A stretch of DNA of 62,615 bases, counting the filler, from Coriobacteriales bacterium (GTDB lineage Bacteria; Actinomycetota; Coriobacteriia; Coriobacteriales; UBA8131): the NCBI GenBank assembly GCA_031263105.1. It is 7 parts of 7 records of this genome, joined end to end, with 100 filler letters (N's around TTAATTAATTAA, not from the genome) between each part and the next. Parts side by side here need not be neighbours in the genome. Positions count along the whole stretch, not along the records: positions 8,286 to 17,274 come from JAISGJ010000127.1; positions 17,375 to 26,144 come from JAISGJ010000135.1; 5 more parts are not named here. One strand, 5' to 3'. Position 1 is the first letter of the stretch. Each line of letters opens with the position of its first letter. A program made the translations under genes and the position numbers. Below are positions 8,876 through 18,230 of this stretch, in pieces. The notes beneath the pieces were generated by a model. That model saw only the letters and a list, made by a program, of their open reading frames with translations. It was not told the DNA's origin and did no database searches.

Positions 8876-10801
8876 ATGACTCAGGAACCCCGGCACAAAA
8901 CGGCCCCGCGTGGCAAGGGCGGCATCCTCATGGCCCGTGTCCCCGCAGAGTACCGCGAGCGCTTCGAGGCCGAGCGCCTTGAGACGAACACGGGACGCAT
9001 GTTCGCCTTCTCGTTCTTCATCATCGGCTTCCAGATAGTGCTCCAGGTCGTCAACATCCTGTTCCCCCAGAAGCTGGGGGACGGGATGCCCGTCCCCTTG
9101 GACTTCTACATCTTCGCCTCGCTTGTGACCCTGGCCCTCGGAATCGTGTTCTGCGTGCTCATGGGGCGCGCCCGTAGGGGGAAGCTGAGGAGCCGGCGGC
9201 TGCAGGGGGCCCTCGTGCAGGTGCTCCTGTACTCGTTCGCAATCATCCAGCTCGCGTTCTGCACCGCGAACATCCTCTCGAACCAAGGGATAAACAGCTA
9301 CTTCCTCTTCGTCGTGATGTTCTCCATGATCCCCCTCATCCCACGCAGGCAGAGCCTGGCGACCATCCTTGCGGGCTTCGCCTACACCTTCGTCCTGATC
9401 CTGGCCTGCAACGGGATGAGCGGCACGGCCACGGACCCTGCAACGGGCGAGGCCGTCGCCTGGACGGTCCACTCGCTCGAGACCGTCTTCTACACCGACG
9501 TGCGCGCGGTGTTCTTCGTCATAACGGGGGTCTCGGTCCTTGTCTCCGTCATCCTCTACAACCTCTACGTCAACAACTTCCTGAAGGGCATCGAGCTCGA
9601 ACGACAGAACGCGCACCTCGAGGAGCTCGTCCACGAGCGGACGCTCGAGCTCGAGGAGAAGACCAGGGCGGCAGAGATCGCCTCGCAGGCGAAGAGCCGC
9701 TTCCTCGCGAACATGAGCCATGAGCTCCGCACGCCGATGAACGCCATCATGGGCATGGCGCGCATGGCCAAGACGGCGAAGACCGCCGAGAAGAGGGAGA
9801 CGGCCGCAGACGCGATATCCACCGCATCGACCCATCTTCTGGGCATCCTCAACGACATCCTCGACATGTCGGTCATCGAGTCGGGCAGCCTCTCCCTCCA
9901 GAAGAGCCGCTTCCTCCTGAGAAAGGGCCTGGACGAGGTCGCCTGCGTGTTCGAGCTGCGCGCCGCCGAGAAGGCGCAGACCTTCACGAGCACGGTCGGG
10001 GGGATAGAGGAGGTCGCGGTTCTTGGGGACAAGATCAGGCTCAAGCAGGTGCTCTTCAACCTCCTCGACAACGCGGTGCGCTACACGCCGGAGGACGGCG
10101 CCGTCGCCTTGTCCGTCGAGCTGCGCTCAGAGGACGAGACCGCCCTGGAGCTGGCCTTCTCGGTCTCCGACAACGGGATCGGGATAGCCTCCGAGGACAT
10201 CGACCGCATGTTCGTCGCCTTCGAGCAGGGGGTCTCGGACAACATGCAGCACGTCGGCGCCGGCCTCGGCCTTGCCATCAGCGCGAACCTCGTGAGCATG
10301 ATGGGCGGCACCCTCGAGGTCGCAAGCGAGCCGGGGGCGGGCTCGACCTTCAGCTTCGTCCTCGGCTTCGAGAAGAGCGCCGAAGCCGACGAGGACGAGG
10401 CGCTTGTCGTCCCCGACCTTGCCGGGAAGCGCATCCTCTCGGCCGAGGACATCAAGACCAACCAGGTGATCATAGAGGAGCTCGTGTCCGAGACAGGTGC
10501 CCTCGTCGAGCATGCGGAGAACGGGGCCGAGGCGGTGCGGATGTTCGCGGCATCCCCCCAAGGCTACTACGACATCGTCCTGCTCGACCTGCTCATGCCC
10601 TACAAGAGCGGCTACGATGCCGCGACCGAGATACGCGGCCTGGACAGGGAGGACGCCCAAGGCGTCCCTTTGTACGCAGTGTCCGCCAACGCCTATCCCG
10701 AGGACGTGGAGAAGTCCCTTGCGGCAGGCATGAACGGGCACCTGGCAAAGCCCGTGGACTACGCCTCCCTCATGCGCATGCTGGACAAGGAGCTTGGCTG
10801 A
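8876..10801 (+). CDS. Hybrid sensor histidine kinase/response regulator, membrane-bound
   Basis: About 6 N-terminal TM helices, H-box FLANMSHELRTPMN, QVLFNLLDNAVRY, DNGIGI, GAGLGL, and a receiver domain (LLDLLMP, AKP). Start uncertain (ATG 8876 or 8930). Confidence 0.92.
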   Translation: MTQEPRHKTAPRGKGGILMARVPAEYRERFEAERLETNTGRMFAFSFFIIGFQIVLQVVNILFPQKLGDGMPVPLDFYIFASLVTLALGIVFCVLMGRARRGKLRSRRLQGALVQVLLYSFAIIQLAFCTANILSNQGINSYFLFVVMFSMIPLIPRRQSLATILAGFAYTFVLILACNGMSGTATDPATGEAVAWTVHSLETVFYTDVRAVFFVITGVSVLVSVILYNLYVNNFLKGIELERQNAHLEELVHERTLELEEKTRAAEIASQAKSRFLANMSHELRTPMNAIMGMARMAKTAKTAEKRETAADAISTASTHLLGILNDILDMSVIESGSLSLQKSRFLLRKGLDEVACVFELRAAEKAQTFTSTVGGIEEVAVLGDKIRLKQVLFNLLDNAVRYTPEDGAVALSVELRSEDETALELAFSVSDNGIGIASEDIDRMFVAFEQGVSDNMQHVGAGLGLAISANLVSMMGGTLEVASEPGAGSTFSFVLGFEKSAEADEDEALVVPDLAGKRILSAEDIKTNQVIIEELVSETGALVEHAENGAEAVRMFAASPQGYYDIVLLDLLMPYKSGYDAATEIRGLDREDAQGVPLYAVSANAYPEDVEKSLAAGMNGHLAKPVDYASLMRMLDKELG

Positions 10802-10855
10802 GCGTCCTGAGACGGGCACCCGCAGGCCGCTCCCGCGCTTGAGCGCTCCCGCGCG

Positions 10856-11128
10856 GTTACTGGTCACACCCTCCGCGGGCACCTCGCTGTCATTCCGAGC
10901 CCGTCGAGGAATCTTCGACCGCGCCAGCGGTCGACCGTAGGTCGAAGGGTCCCCCGACCTGCCGTTGGTCGCTGCGCGTTCCATGGGCCTGTCGGCCCGT
11001 CCTCGCTGAAAACCCGGTGCGTTTTCCGGGCGCTCGGACCCAAAGATTCCTCGACGGGCTCGGAATGACAGTGGGGGCTCGGGGTGACAGTGGGGGCTCG
11101 GGGTGACAGTGGGGGTGTGACCTGCAAT
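10856..11128. repeat. Family A element between convergent genes, with a 19-bp tandem at its right end
   Basis: CTGTCATTCCGAGCCCGTCGAGGAATCTT ... AAGATTCCTCGACGGGCTCGGAATGACAG perfect inverted arms, followed by TGACAGTGGGGG(CTCGGGG) x3. Confidence 0.88.
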
Positions 11129-11138
11129 TCTGCGCGGG

Positions 11139-13874
11139 TCAGCGGTTGTCGGAGACGGCGTGCTTCTCGGCCAGTGCCGCCTGGCCTGCGGCGAGGCGCG
11201 CCAAGGGGACCCGGTACGGGGAGCAGGACACATAGTCGAGGCCGATGTCGTGGAAGGCCTTCACGCTCTCGGGGTCGCCGCCATGCTCGCCGCAGACGCC
11301 GAGGGTTATGCCGGGGTTCCCCTCGCGCCCCAGCTTGCAGGCCATGTCCACGAGCTTGGCGACGCCGGGATCGACGGTCTCGAAGGGATTGCAGGCGATG
11401 AGCTTGCGCTCCAGGTAGCGCGGGATGAACTTCGACTCGACGTCGTCGCGGGAGAAGCCGAAGGCCGTCTGCGTGAGGTCGTTGGTGCCGAAGGAGAAGA
11501 AGTCCGCGTGTCGGGCGATGTCGTCCGCCGTCACTGCGGCGCGCGGCAGCTCGATCATCGTGCCGATGGGCAGATCGAGGACGACGCCGTGCTCCTCGGC
11601 CACCTCGGCAAGTACCGCCTTGGCCTCGCTGCGCAGGGCCTCGAGTTCGGGGGTCACGCTCACGAGCGGGACCATGATCTCCGGCTCGGGCGACATCCCC
11701 TCCTTGATCAGGCGGGCGGTGGCCGTCGCGATGGCACGCACCTGCATGGCGGCGAGCTCGGGGTTGAGGATGGCGAGCCGCACGCCGCGCAGACCGAGCA
11801 TGGGGTTCATCTCGACCATCGAGTCGATGCGCGAAAGCAGCCTGCGTTTCGTCAGAACGAGGTCGACGTCCGCACCTGTCAGCTCGAGGCGCACGATCTC
11901 GACCTCGAGCGAGCGGGGGTCGTCGAGGAACTCGTGCAGGGGAGGGTCGAGCAGGCGTATGACCACGGGCAGCCCGTCCATCTCCTTGAGTATGCCGTAG
12001 AAGTCGTCGGTCTGGACGGCGAGCAGGTCGTCGAGCGCCTTCTCGCGCACCGCAGGGTCGTCGGTGAGGATGAAGCCCTGGATGATGGCCTTGCGCTCCC
12101 CGAGGAACATGTGCTCCGTGCGGCACAGGCCGACGCCCGCCGCGCCGAAGCCGCGCGAGAGCCGGGCGTCCTCGGGGTTGTCGGCATTGGCGCGCACGCC
12201 GAGCCGACGGAAGGAGTCCGCCCATTCAAGGATGGTGTCGAGGTCGCCGGAAAGCTCCGGCAGGACGAGCTCGACCGCGCCGAGCACGACTATCCCCAGG
12301 GTGCCGTCGATGGATATGACGTCGCCCTCGCGGATCACGATGTCGGTGCCCGCGACGGTCGCCTGCCTGGCCTCCGCGTCTATCCTGAGCGCCTCGGCCC
12401 CGCAGACGCAGGGCGTGCCCATGCCGCGCGCGATGACGGCGGCATGGGAGGTCTTGCCGCCGTGGCTCGTGAGGATGCCCTCGGCCGCCACCATGCCGGC
12501 GAGGTCGTCGGGGTTCGTCTCCCAGCGCACGAGCACGCAGGTGCGGCCCTCCGCCGCCACGGAGACCGCGTCGGCGGCGGAGAACACCGCCTCGCCCACC
12601 GCAGCGCCCGGCGAGGCGTTGAGGCCCTTGGCGACGACGTCGTAGGCGGCCGCTTTGTCGAACTGGGGATGCAGCAGCTGGTCGAGCTGGGCGGGGTCGA
12701 TGCGGAGCACCGCCTCCTCCTTGCTTATGAGCCCCTCTGCGACCATCGAGATGGCGATGCGCAGCGCCGCCTGCGCGGTGCGCTTCCCCACGCGGGTCTG
12801 GAGCATCCAGAGCCTGCCCTGCTCGATGGTGAACTCGATGTCGCACATGTCGCGGTAATGGCCCTCAAGGACCCTGAAGACCTCCTCGAGCTCCCTGCCG
12901 GCGTCCTGGAGGCCGGGCACGTCCTTGAGCTCCGAGATGGGCGAGGTGTTGCGGATGCCGGCGACCACGTCCTCGCCCTGGGCGTTGACGAGGTAGTCGC
13001 CGTAGAACTCGTTGTCCCCGGAGGCGGGGTTGCGCGTGAAGGCCACGCCGGTCGCCGAGGTGTCCCCCTTGTTGCCGAAGACCATCGACTGCACGTTGAC
13101 CGCCGTGCCGAGGTCGTCGGATATGCGGTTCTGCCTGCGGTAGAGCTGGGCGCGGTCGTTCATCCAGCTGCCGAACACCGCCTGTATCGCGTATTTGAGC
13201 TGGATGTCCGGGTCCTGCGGGAAGCACACGCGGCCGTCCGTGACAAGCTCGGGGTAGTCCTCGGGGGAGACGGCGGCCGCAAATATCGCCTTGAACTCCT
13301 CCACCAGGGCCTCGAGGTCGGCGGCGGAAAGCTCGTTGTCCCCCTTGACGCCGCGCGTGATCTTCCGGGAGGTTATCGCGTTCTCGAACAGGTCGCCGTC
13401 CACGTCCATGACGACCTTGGAGAACATCTGGATGAAGCGGCGGTAGCTGTCCCAGGCGAAGCGCGGGTTGTCCGTCTGCGCGATGAGGCCCTGGACGGAG
13501 CGGTCGTTGAGCCCGAGGTTCAGCACGGTGTCCATCATGCCCGGCATCGAGAAGGGCGCACCGGAGCGCACGCTCACGAGCAGGGGGTCCGCGGCGTCGC
13601 CGATGCGCTTGCCCATGCGCTGCTCGAGGTCGAGGCGGTAGCGCTGTATCTCGTCGAACACGCCCTCGGGGAACCGGTTGCCGTTGCGGTAGTAGTCCAT
13701 GCAGGTCTGGCAGGAGATCGTGAAGCCCGGAGGCACGGGGAGCCCCACCTGCGCCATCTCGGCGAGGTTCGCGCCCTTGCCCCCGAGGACGGCCTTCATG
13801 TCCCTGTTGCCCTCGGTGACGTTGGTGCCTTGGGCGTCCCTCCCAAAGGCGAACACGCGTTGTGTGTCTGACAC
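11139..13874 (-). CDS. ppdK: Pyruvate, phosphate dikinase
   Basis: LGGKGANLAEM, VSVRSGA, GGKTSHAA (phospho-His), GLCRTEHMF, FFSFGTNDLTQ and GVCGEHGGDP. Confidence 0.98.
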   Translation of the reverse strand: MSDTQRVFAFGRDAQGTNVTEGNRDMKAVLGGKGANLAEMAQVGLPVPPGFTISCQTCMDYYRNGNRFPEGVFDEIQRYRLDLEQRMGKRIGDAADPLLVSVRSGAPFSMPGMMDTVLNLGLNDRSVQGLIAQTDNPRFAWDSYRRFIQMFSKVVMDVDGDLFENAITSRKITRGVKGDNELSAADLEALVEEFKAIFAAAVSPEDYPELVTDGRVCFPQDPDIQLKYAIQAVFGSWMNDRAQLYRRQNRISDDLGTAVNVQSMVFGNKGDTSATGVAFTRNPASGDNEFYGDYLVNAQGEDVVAGIRNTSPISELKDVPGLQDAGRELEEVFRVLEGHYRDMCDIEFTIEQGRLWMLQTRVGKRTAQAALRIAISMVAEGLISKEEAVLRIDPAQLDQLLHPQFDKAAAYDVVAKGLNASPGAAVGEAVFSAADAVSVAAEGRTCVLVRWETNPDDLAGMVAAEGILTSHGGKTSHAAVIARGMGTPCVCGAEALRIDAEARQATVAGTDIVIREGDVISIDGTLGIVVLGAVELVLPELSGDLDTILEWADSFRRLGVRANADNPEDARLSRGFGAAGVGLCRTEHMFLGERKAIIQGFILTDDPAVREKALDDLLAVQTDDFYGILKEMDGLPVVIRLLDPPLHEFLDDPRSLEVEIVRLELTGADVDLVLTKRRLLSRIDSMVEMNPMLGLRGVRLAILNPELAAMQVRAIATATARLIKEGMSPEPEIMVPLVSVTPELEALRSEAKAVLAEVAEEHGVVLDLPIGTMIELPRAAVTADDIARHADFFSFGTNDLTQTAFGFSRDDVESKFIPRYLERKLIACNPFETVDPGVAKLVDMACKLGREGNPGITLGVCGEHGGDPESVKAFHDIGLDYVSCSPYRVPLARLAAGQAALAEKHAVSDNR

Positions 13875-13876
13875 CG

Positions 13877-14815
13877 TTACTCCCTTCGATTCCGATAAGG
13901 CACAGCGGGCAGCCCGCCCGTGCGCGTCCCTCTATGATACTGCGAGAGTGGCACGCCGTGGGAGGGGTAGGTCAAGTCATAGTACCGAAGTATCTCCTGA
14001 GCGGTCTCCTCTATCGCGCGGTTGTCGGTGCGCACGACGATGCAGCCGAGGCGCCTCATCAGCTGCCGCGCCTCGTCGAGGTCGGTCTGCACGTGGACGG
14101 GGTCGGCATAGGCGCCGGCGACGCCGCGCGCGTCGCCGAGGCGCCGGTAGCGAATCTCGGAGAGCAGCGCAGGGCTGGAGGTCAGCCCGAAGATGCGTCG
14201 CGGGTCGATCTCGAAGAGCTGGGGAGGCGGCTCGGTCCCTGCGGCAAGGGGCACATTGGCGACCCGGTAGCCGTTCGTGGCGAGGTAGATGGCGAGCGGC
14301 GTCTTGGAGGAGCGGGACACGCCGATGAGCACGATGTCCGCCTGGCCGAGCTGCTCGGTGTTGCGCCCGTCGTCATGGTCGACGGCGAACTCGAGCGCCC
14401 CCACGCGGTTGAAGTACTCCTTGTCGGTCTTGCGGATAAGGCCCGGCTCGCCTTTGGGGCGACGCCCCGTCGCCTCGGCTATCGTCTCGATGGCGGGGCC
14501 GATGAGGTCCGCCGCCGCGATCGGCTTGTCTGCGAGGTAGTCCTCCAGCTGGGTGCGCAAGGCCACGTCGGCGATGGTGTGGAACAGCACCATCTCCCCC
14601 CTGCCGCGCCCCTGCGCCTCTTCGAGGTGGGCCTCGACGAAGGCCGTCATCTGGTCGAGGCTGCCCGCCTTGGGCAGCCGCTCGATGACGCAGGCGCCCT
14701 CGCTGAACTGGCTGGCCGCAGCCACCGCCATGGTCGCCGCGCTGTCCCCCAGGCTGTCCGAGATGATGTAGATGACCGGCGGGTCCGAGAGGGCCCGTGC
14801 ACCTGTCGGCTCCAT
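13877..14815 (-). CDS. ppsR: PPDK/PEP synthetase regulatory kinase-pyrophosphorylase (DUF299)
   Basis: IISDSLGDSA, EYFNRVGALEFAVDHDDG and LIGVSRSSKTPLAIYLA. Sits between glyS and ppdK. Confidence 0.93.
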   Translation of the reverse strand: MEPTGARALSDPPVIYIISDSLGDSAATMAVAAASQFSEGACVIERLPKAGSLDQMTAFVEAHLEEAQGRGRGEMVLFHTIADVALRTQLEDYLADKPIAAADLIGPAIETIAEATGRRPKGEPGLIRKTDKEYFNRVGALEFAVDHDDGRNTEQLGQADIVLIGVSRSSKTPLAIYLATNGYRVANVPLAAGTEPPPQLFEIDPRRIFGLTSSPALLSEIRYRRLGDARGVAGAYADPVHVQTDLDEARQLMRRLGCIVVRTDNRAIEETAQEILRYYDLTYPSHGVPLSQYHRGTRTGGLPAVPYRNRRE

Positions 14816-14843
14816 AAGGACGTGCGCACCCTTCCCGTAAGGC

Positions 14844-17252
14844 CTATCCCGCAAGGCGGGCGAAGTCGGCGACGTCGGCGAAGACGGCGACGAAGCGGTT
14901 GAGCAGCTTGAGGCGGTTGGCGCGCAGCCCCTCGTCGGGGTCCATGACGAGGACGTCGGTGAAGAACGTGTCGATGGGGCCGCGCAGCGAGGCGAGGAAC
15001 TCCAGCGCATGGCCGTACTGGCCGCGTGCGAGCGCATCGCGCACCCCCGTGCCCACCTGGCCTATCGCAGTGCTGAGCGCACGTTCCGGCGCACCGAGCA
15101 GGGCCTCGTCGAGCGCCGTCCCCAAGGCGGGGTCGCGCAGGTTGTTCGCACGGGCATAGGCGGTCGCAAGGTCGGCGAACAGCTCCGGCTCCCTGCCGCG
15201 CGCCGAGGCGAGCGTCTCGCAGCGGGCAAGCACGTCTGCGGGCTCGAGCACGTCGATGGCAAGCACCGCCGCCACGGTGTCGGCCGTGTAGCCCCGGTCG
15301 CGGGCAATGACCTCGAGCCGCGTCCTGAAGAAGGCACGGAGCTGCCCCTTGACCTCGTCGGCATCGAGGCCTGCGGCATCGAGCTGCACCAAGGCCTCGG
15401 ATATGAGGGCATCGAGCGAGACGGGCAGGCCGTCCAAGAGGATGTTGATGATGCCGATGGCCGCGCGCCTGAGCGCGAAGGGGTCGGAGGATCCTGTGGG
15501 CGGTTGCCCGACCGCGAAGATGCCGCAGACCGTGTCGGCCTTGTCCGCAAGCGCGACGACCTTCCCCTCGAAGGACGAGGGCACGGCATCGCCCGCGAAA
15601 CGGGGACGGTACTGCTCCGTTATCGCCACTGCGACCTCGGGGGCCTCGCCCTGCGCCGAGGCGTAGTAGCCGCCCATGACGCCCTGCAGCGACGTGAACT
15701 CCACGACCGCACGAGTGACGAGGTCGGCCTTGCAGAGCAGCGCGGCCCGCCGGGAGCGCTCGACCTGCCCGGCGTCGCCGCCCGCCATGACGGCGACGGC
15801 GCCCGCCAGACTGACGATGCGGTCGACCTTGCTGCGCAGGCTGCCGAGCCTCTCGTGGAAGACCACCTGCGCCAGGTCGTCCACATAGCTCTCAAGCGGG
15901 CGCTTGAGGTCCTCGCGGTAGAAGAAGGCCGCGTCCGAGAGGCGGGGCCGCACCACGCGCTCGTTGCCGTCGACGATCGTCGAGTTGTAGGACGGCGACC
16001 CGTTGGACACGACGACGAAGCTGTTGGAGAGCCTGCCGTCGGCTTGGTACAGCGGGAAGTAGCGCTGATGCCTGAGCATGGCGTCGGTGATTATCTCGTG
16101 CGGGACCTCCAGGTACTCCTCGTCGAAGGCCCCCACGAGCGAGGTGGGGAACTCCACAAGGTTGACCACCTCGTCGAAGGTCCCCTTGGGCACATAGGCG
16201 GAAAGCCCCGTCCGCTCCTCTATGCCCTTGAGCTGCGCACGGATCTGTGCGCCGCGCATCTCGGCGGACGCGACGACCCACGCCTTCGTATGCACCGTGG
16301 CAAGCTCGTCGGCACAGGACACCTCGACGCCTCCCGGCGCGATGAGCCGGTGCCCGAACGTGACGCGCCCCGCCACAAGCCCCGCGAACTCCACAGGGAC
16401 GACGTAGCCCCCCCAGAGCGCCAGCAGCCACCGCACCGGACGGATGAACCGCTCCTCCGTGCTCCCCCACCGCTGCGCCTTCGGCCACGCGAGCGCCCCT
16501 ATGAGCCCCGCAAGCAACTCCGGCAGCAGCGCCTCGGTGCGCCTCGCCAACTGCTCGACCTGCGCAAAGACATACTCGCCCTCCCCCTCACGGGCACGCA
16601 TGAGCTCCTGGACCGCAACCCCCTTCCCCCGCGCAAACCCTTCGGCCGCCTTCGTAGGCCTCCCCTCCCCATCGAACGCAATGCCCACCGCCGGCCCCCG
16701 GAACCGCTGCACCAGCGGCGTCGACCGAGGCGCAAGCCTCTTGACCTCCAAAACGATGCGCCTCGGCGTGGACACCACCGAAAGCGCCCCATGCCCGATC
16801 CGCGCCCCCTCAAGCGCCGCCTCCGCAACCCCCTTCATCTGCCTCGTCGCCGCCGCCAACGCCCCCGCCGGCATCTCCTCGACCCCGATCTCGAACACCA
16901 GCGTGGCCGGCTCCGCAGGAGCCAAGGCGGCCGCAGCAGGCACCGCCCCCGCCGCAGGTGCCCCCACCCCCGCATCAGTGGCCGCCACAGGCGCCACTGA
17001 TGCGTCGGGAGACCCGCAACCCACGACACCCCCGCCCTTCTCGCCCGCCCAGGCGGTCGCCGCAGGCGCCGCCAGGGCGTTGGGAGACCCGCAACCCACG
17101 ACACCCCCGCCCTTCTCGCTGGGGGATGGGTGAGGGGGGTTCAAGGGGGGAGAGGGAAGGGGGTCGCGAGTAGGCCCCCGTGCCGGGCGGCCCGGGCGGG
17201 GGGGGGCGGCCCCGGGGGGGGCGGCGCGGCGGGGGGGGGGCCAGGGCCGCAC
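14844..17252 (-). CDS. glyS: Glycine-tRNA ligase beta subunit (start unresolved; conserved part begins about 16905)
   Basis: LVFEIGVEEMP, TPRR, FIRPVRW, HQRYFP, EFTSLQGVMG and PTGSSDPFALRR. The upstream in-frame region is low-complexity and ends at the contig break. Confidence 0.93.
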   Translation of the reverse strand: MRPWPPPRRAAPPGAAPPRPGRPARGPTRDPLPSPPLNPPHPSPSEKGGGVVGCGSPNALAAPAATAWAGEKGGGVVGCGSPDASVAPVAATDAGVGAPAAGAVPAAAALAPAEPATLVFEIGVEEMPAGALAAATRQMKGVAEAALEGARIGHGALSVVSTPRRIVLEVKRLAPRSTPLVQRFRGPAVGIAFDGEGRPTKAAEGFARGKGVAVQELMRAREGEGEYVFAQVEQLARRTEALLPELLAGLIGALAWPKAQRWGSTEERFIRPVRWLLALWGGYVVPVEFAGLVAGRVTFGHRLIAPGGVEVSCADELATVHTKAWVVASAEMRGAQIRAQLKGIEERTGLSAYVPKGTFDEVVNLVEFPTSLVGAFDEEYLEVPHEIITDAMLRHQRYFPLYQADGRLSNSFVVVSNGSPSYNSTIVDGNERVVRPRLSDAAFFYREDLKRPLESYVDDLAQVVFHERLGSLRSKVDRIVSLAGAVAVMAGGDAGQVERSRRAALLCKADLVTRAVVEFTSLQGVMGGYYASAQGEAPEVAVAITEQYRPRFAGDAVPSSFEGKVVALADKADTVCGIFAVGQPPTGSSDPFALRRAAIGIINILLDGLPVSLDALISEALVQLDAAGLDADEVKGQLRAFFRTRLEVIARDRGYTADTVAAVLAIDVLEPADVLARCETLASARGREPELFADLATAYARANNLRDPALGTALDEALLGAPERALSTAIGQVGTGVRDALARGQYGHALEFLASLRGPIDTFFTDVLVMDPDEGLRANRLKLLNRFVAVFADVADFARLAG

Positions 17253-17274
17253 CCGCGAGGGGGACCCCCGCCGG

Positions 17275-17374
17275 NNNNNNNNNNNNNNNNNNNNNNNNNN
17301 NNNNNNNNNNNNNNNNNNTTAATTAATTAANNNNNNNNNNNNNNNNNNNNNNNNNNNNNNNNNNNNNNNNNNNN
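17275..17374. other. Artificial contig spacer
   Basis: N run with TTAATTAATTAA. Confidence 0.98.
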
Positions 17375-17508
17375 CCCCCCCCCCCTTCCTCCGGCCAGAG
17401 GCAGATTGCCAGAAAACTGCTCACTCGGGCGGTTCAGATGTAGTAGGATGGTTGTCATGACCATAAGCAGGGGCTCTTGGTCACGTTGAGCCGCAAAGGA
17501 GCGACCGT

Positions 17509-18225
17509 ATGCCCGAGACGGAACAGGTCTTTGCCTGCCCCAAGTGCGGGAGGATTCTCGAATACGGGACAAACCCGTGCCCTTTCTGTGCCATGCCGAT
17601 TACGTGGGAGGGCTTCGAGAGGCACGGCCTGGTAACCGAGGAGCCGGCTGCGACCATTGAGGAGCCGGTCGCAGCAGTCGAGGAGCAGGTTGCGGTATTC
17701 GAGGAGCCTGACCTGGCGGTCGAGGAACCGAGCATCGCAGCCGGAGGCCTGGACTCGATTCCCGAGGAGCCGGACGTAGCGCCTGAAGAGCCGGTCGTGG
17801 AGGTCGAGGAGCCAGCCGCAGCAGCCGAGGAGCCGGTCGAGCCGGTCGAGGAGCCGGTTGCAGCAGTCGAGCCGGCTCCGCCCCCGGAGCCTGTCCTGCA
17901 GCCAGAGCCGCAGCCGCAGCCGCCTCCTGCTCCGCAGCCGCCTCCTGCCGTGCAGGGCGATGCCGTCGCGCCCGGCTGGGAGGCGTTCACCTTCCAGCAC
18001 AGGGACGGCCGTGGCGCACGGGCCTTCGCCCTTGTCCTCAAAATCGCTGCCGTCATGGTCTGGCTGGCCTCGGCGTTTGCCATAGGCATCGCCCTGTTTC
18101 CCGGCCTGCTGCAGGTGTCCGACCCGGTCGTGACCGCAGCGCTCGGCATCGTCATGGGCTTCTTCCTGTTCGGCCTCGGCGTCGTCATCAACCTGCTCAA
18201 CGACATTCGTAGGAACACACGGTAA
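17509..18225 (+). CDS. Zinc-ribbon membrane protein with Glu/Pro-rich linker
   Basis: RBS AAGGAG. N-terminal CPKC...CPFC, EEP-rich repeats and two C-terminal TM helices. Confidence 0.75.
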   Translation: MPETEQVFACPKCGRILEYGTNPCPFCAMPITWEGFERHGLVTEEPAATIEEPVAAVEEQVAVFEEPDLAVEEPSIAAGGLDSIPEEPDVAPEEPVVEVEEPAAAAEEPVEPVEEPVAAVEPAPPPEPVLQPEPQPQPPPAPQPPPAVQGDAVAPGWEAFTFQHRDGRGARAFALVLKIAAVMVWLASAFAIGIALFPGLLQVSDPVVTAALGIVMGFFLFGLGVVINLLNDIRRNTR

Positions 18226-18230
18226 TCGCC

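Noticed and set aside
11160..13871. 903-aa plus-strand ORF and other long antisense ORFs (15009-17000, 17481-19595, 22820-25273, 30561-33107, 59029-61158)
   Set aside because: These are shadow frames of well-supported genes in GC-rich DNA, with no recognisable motifs.
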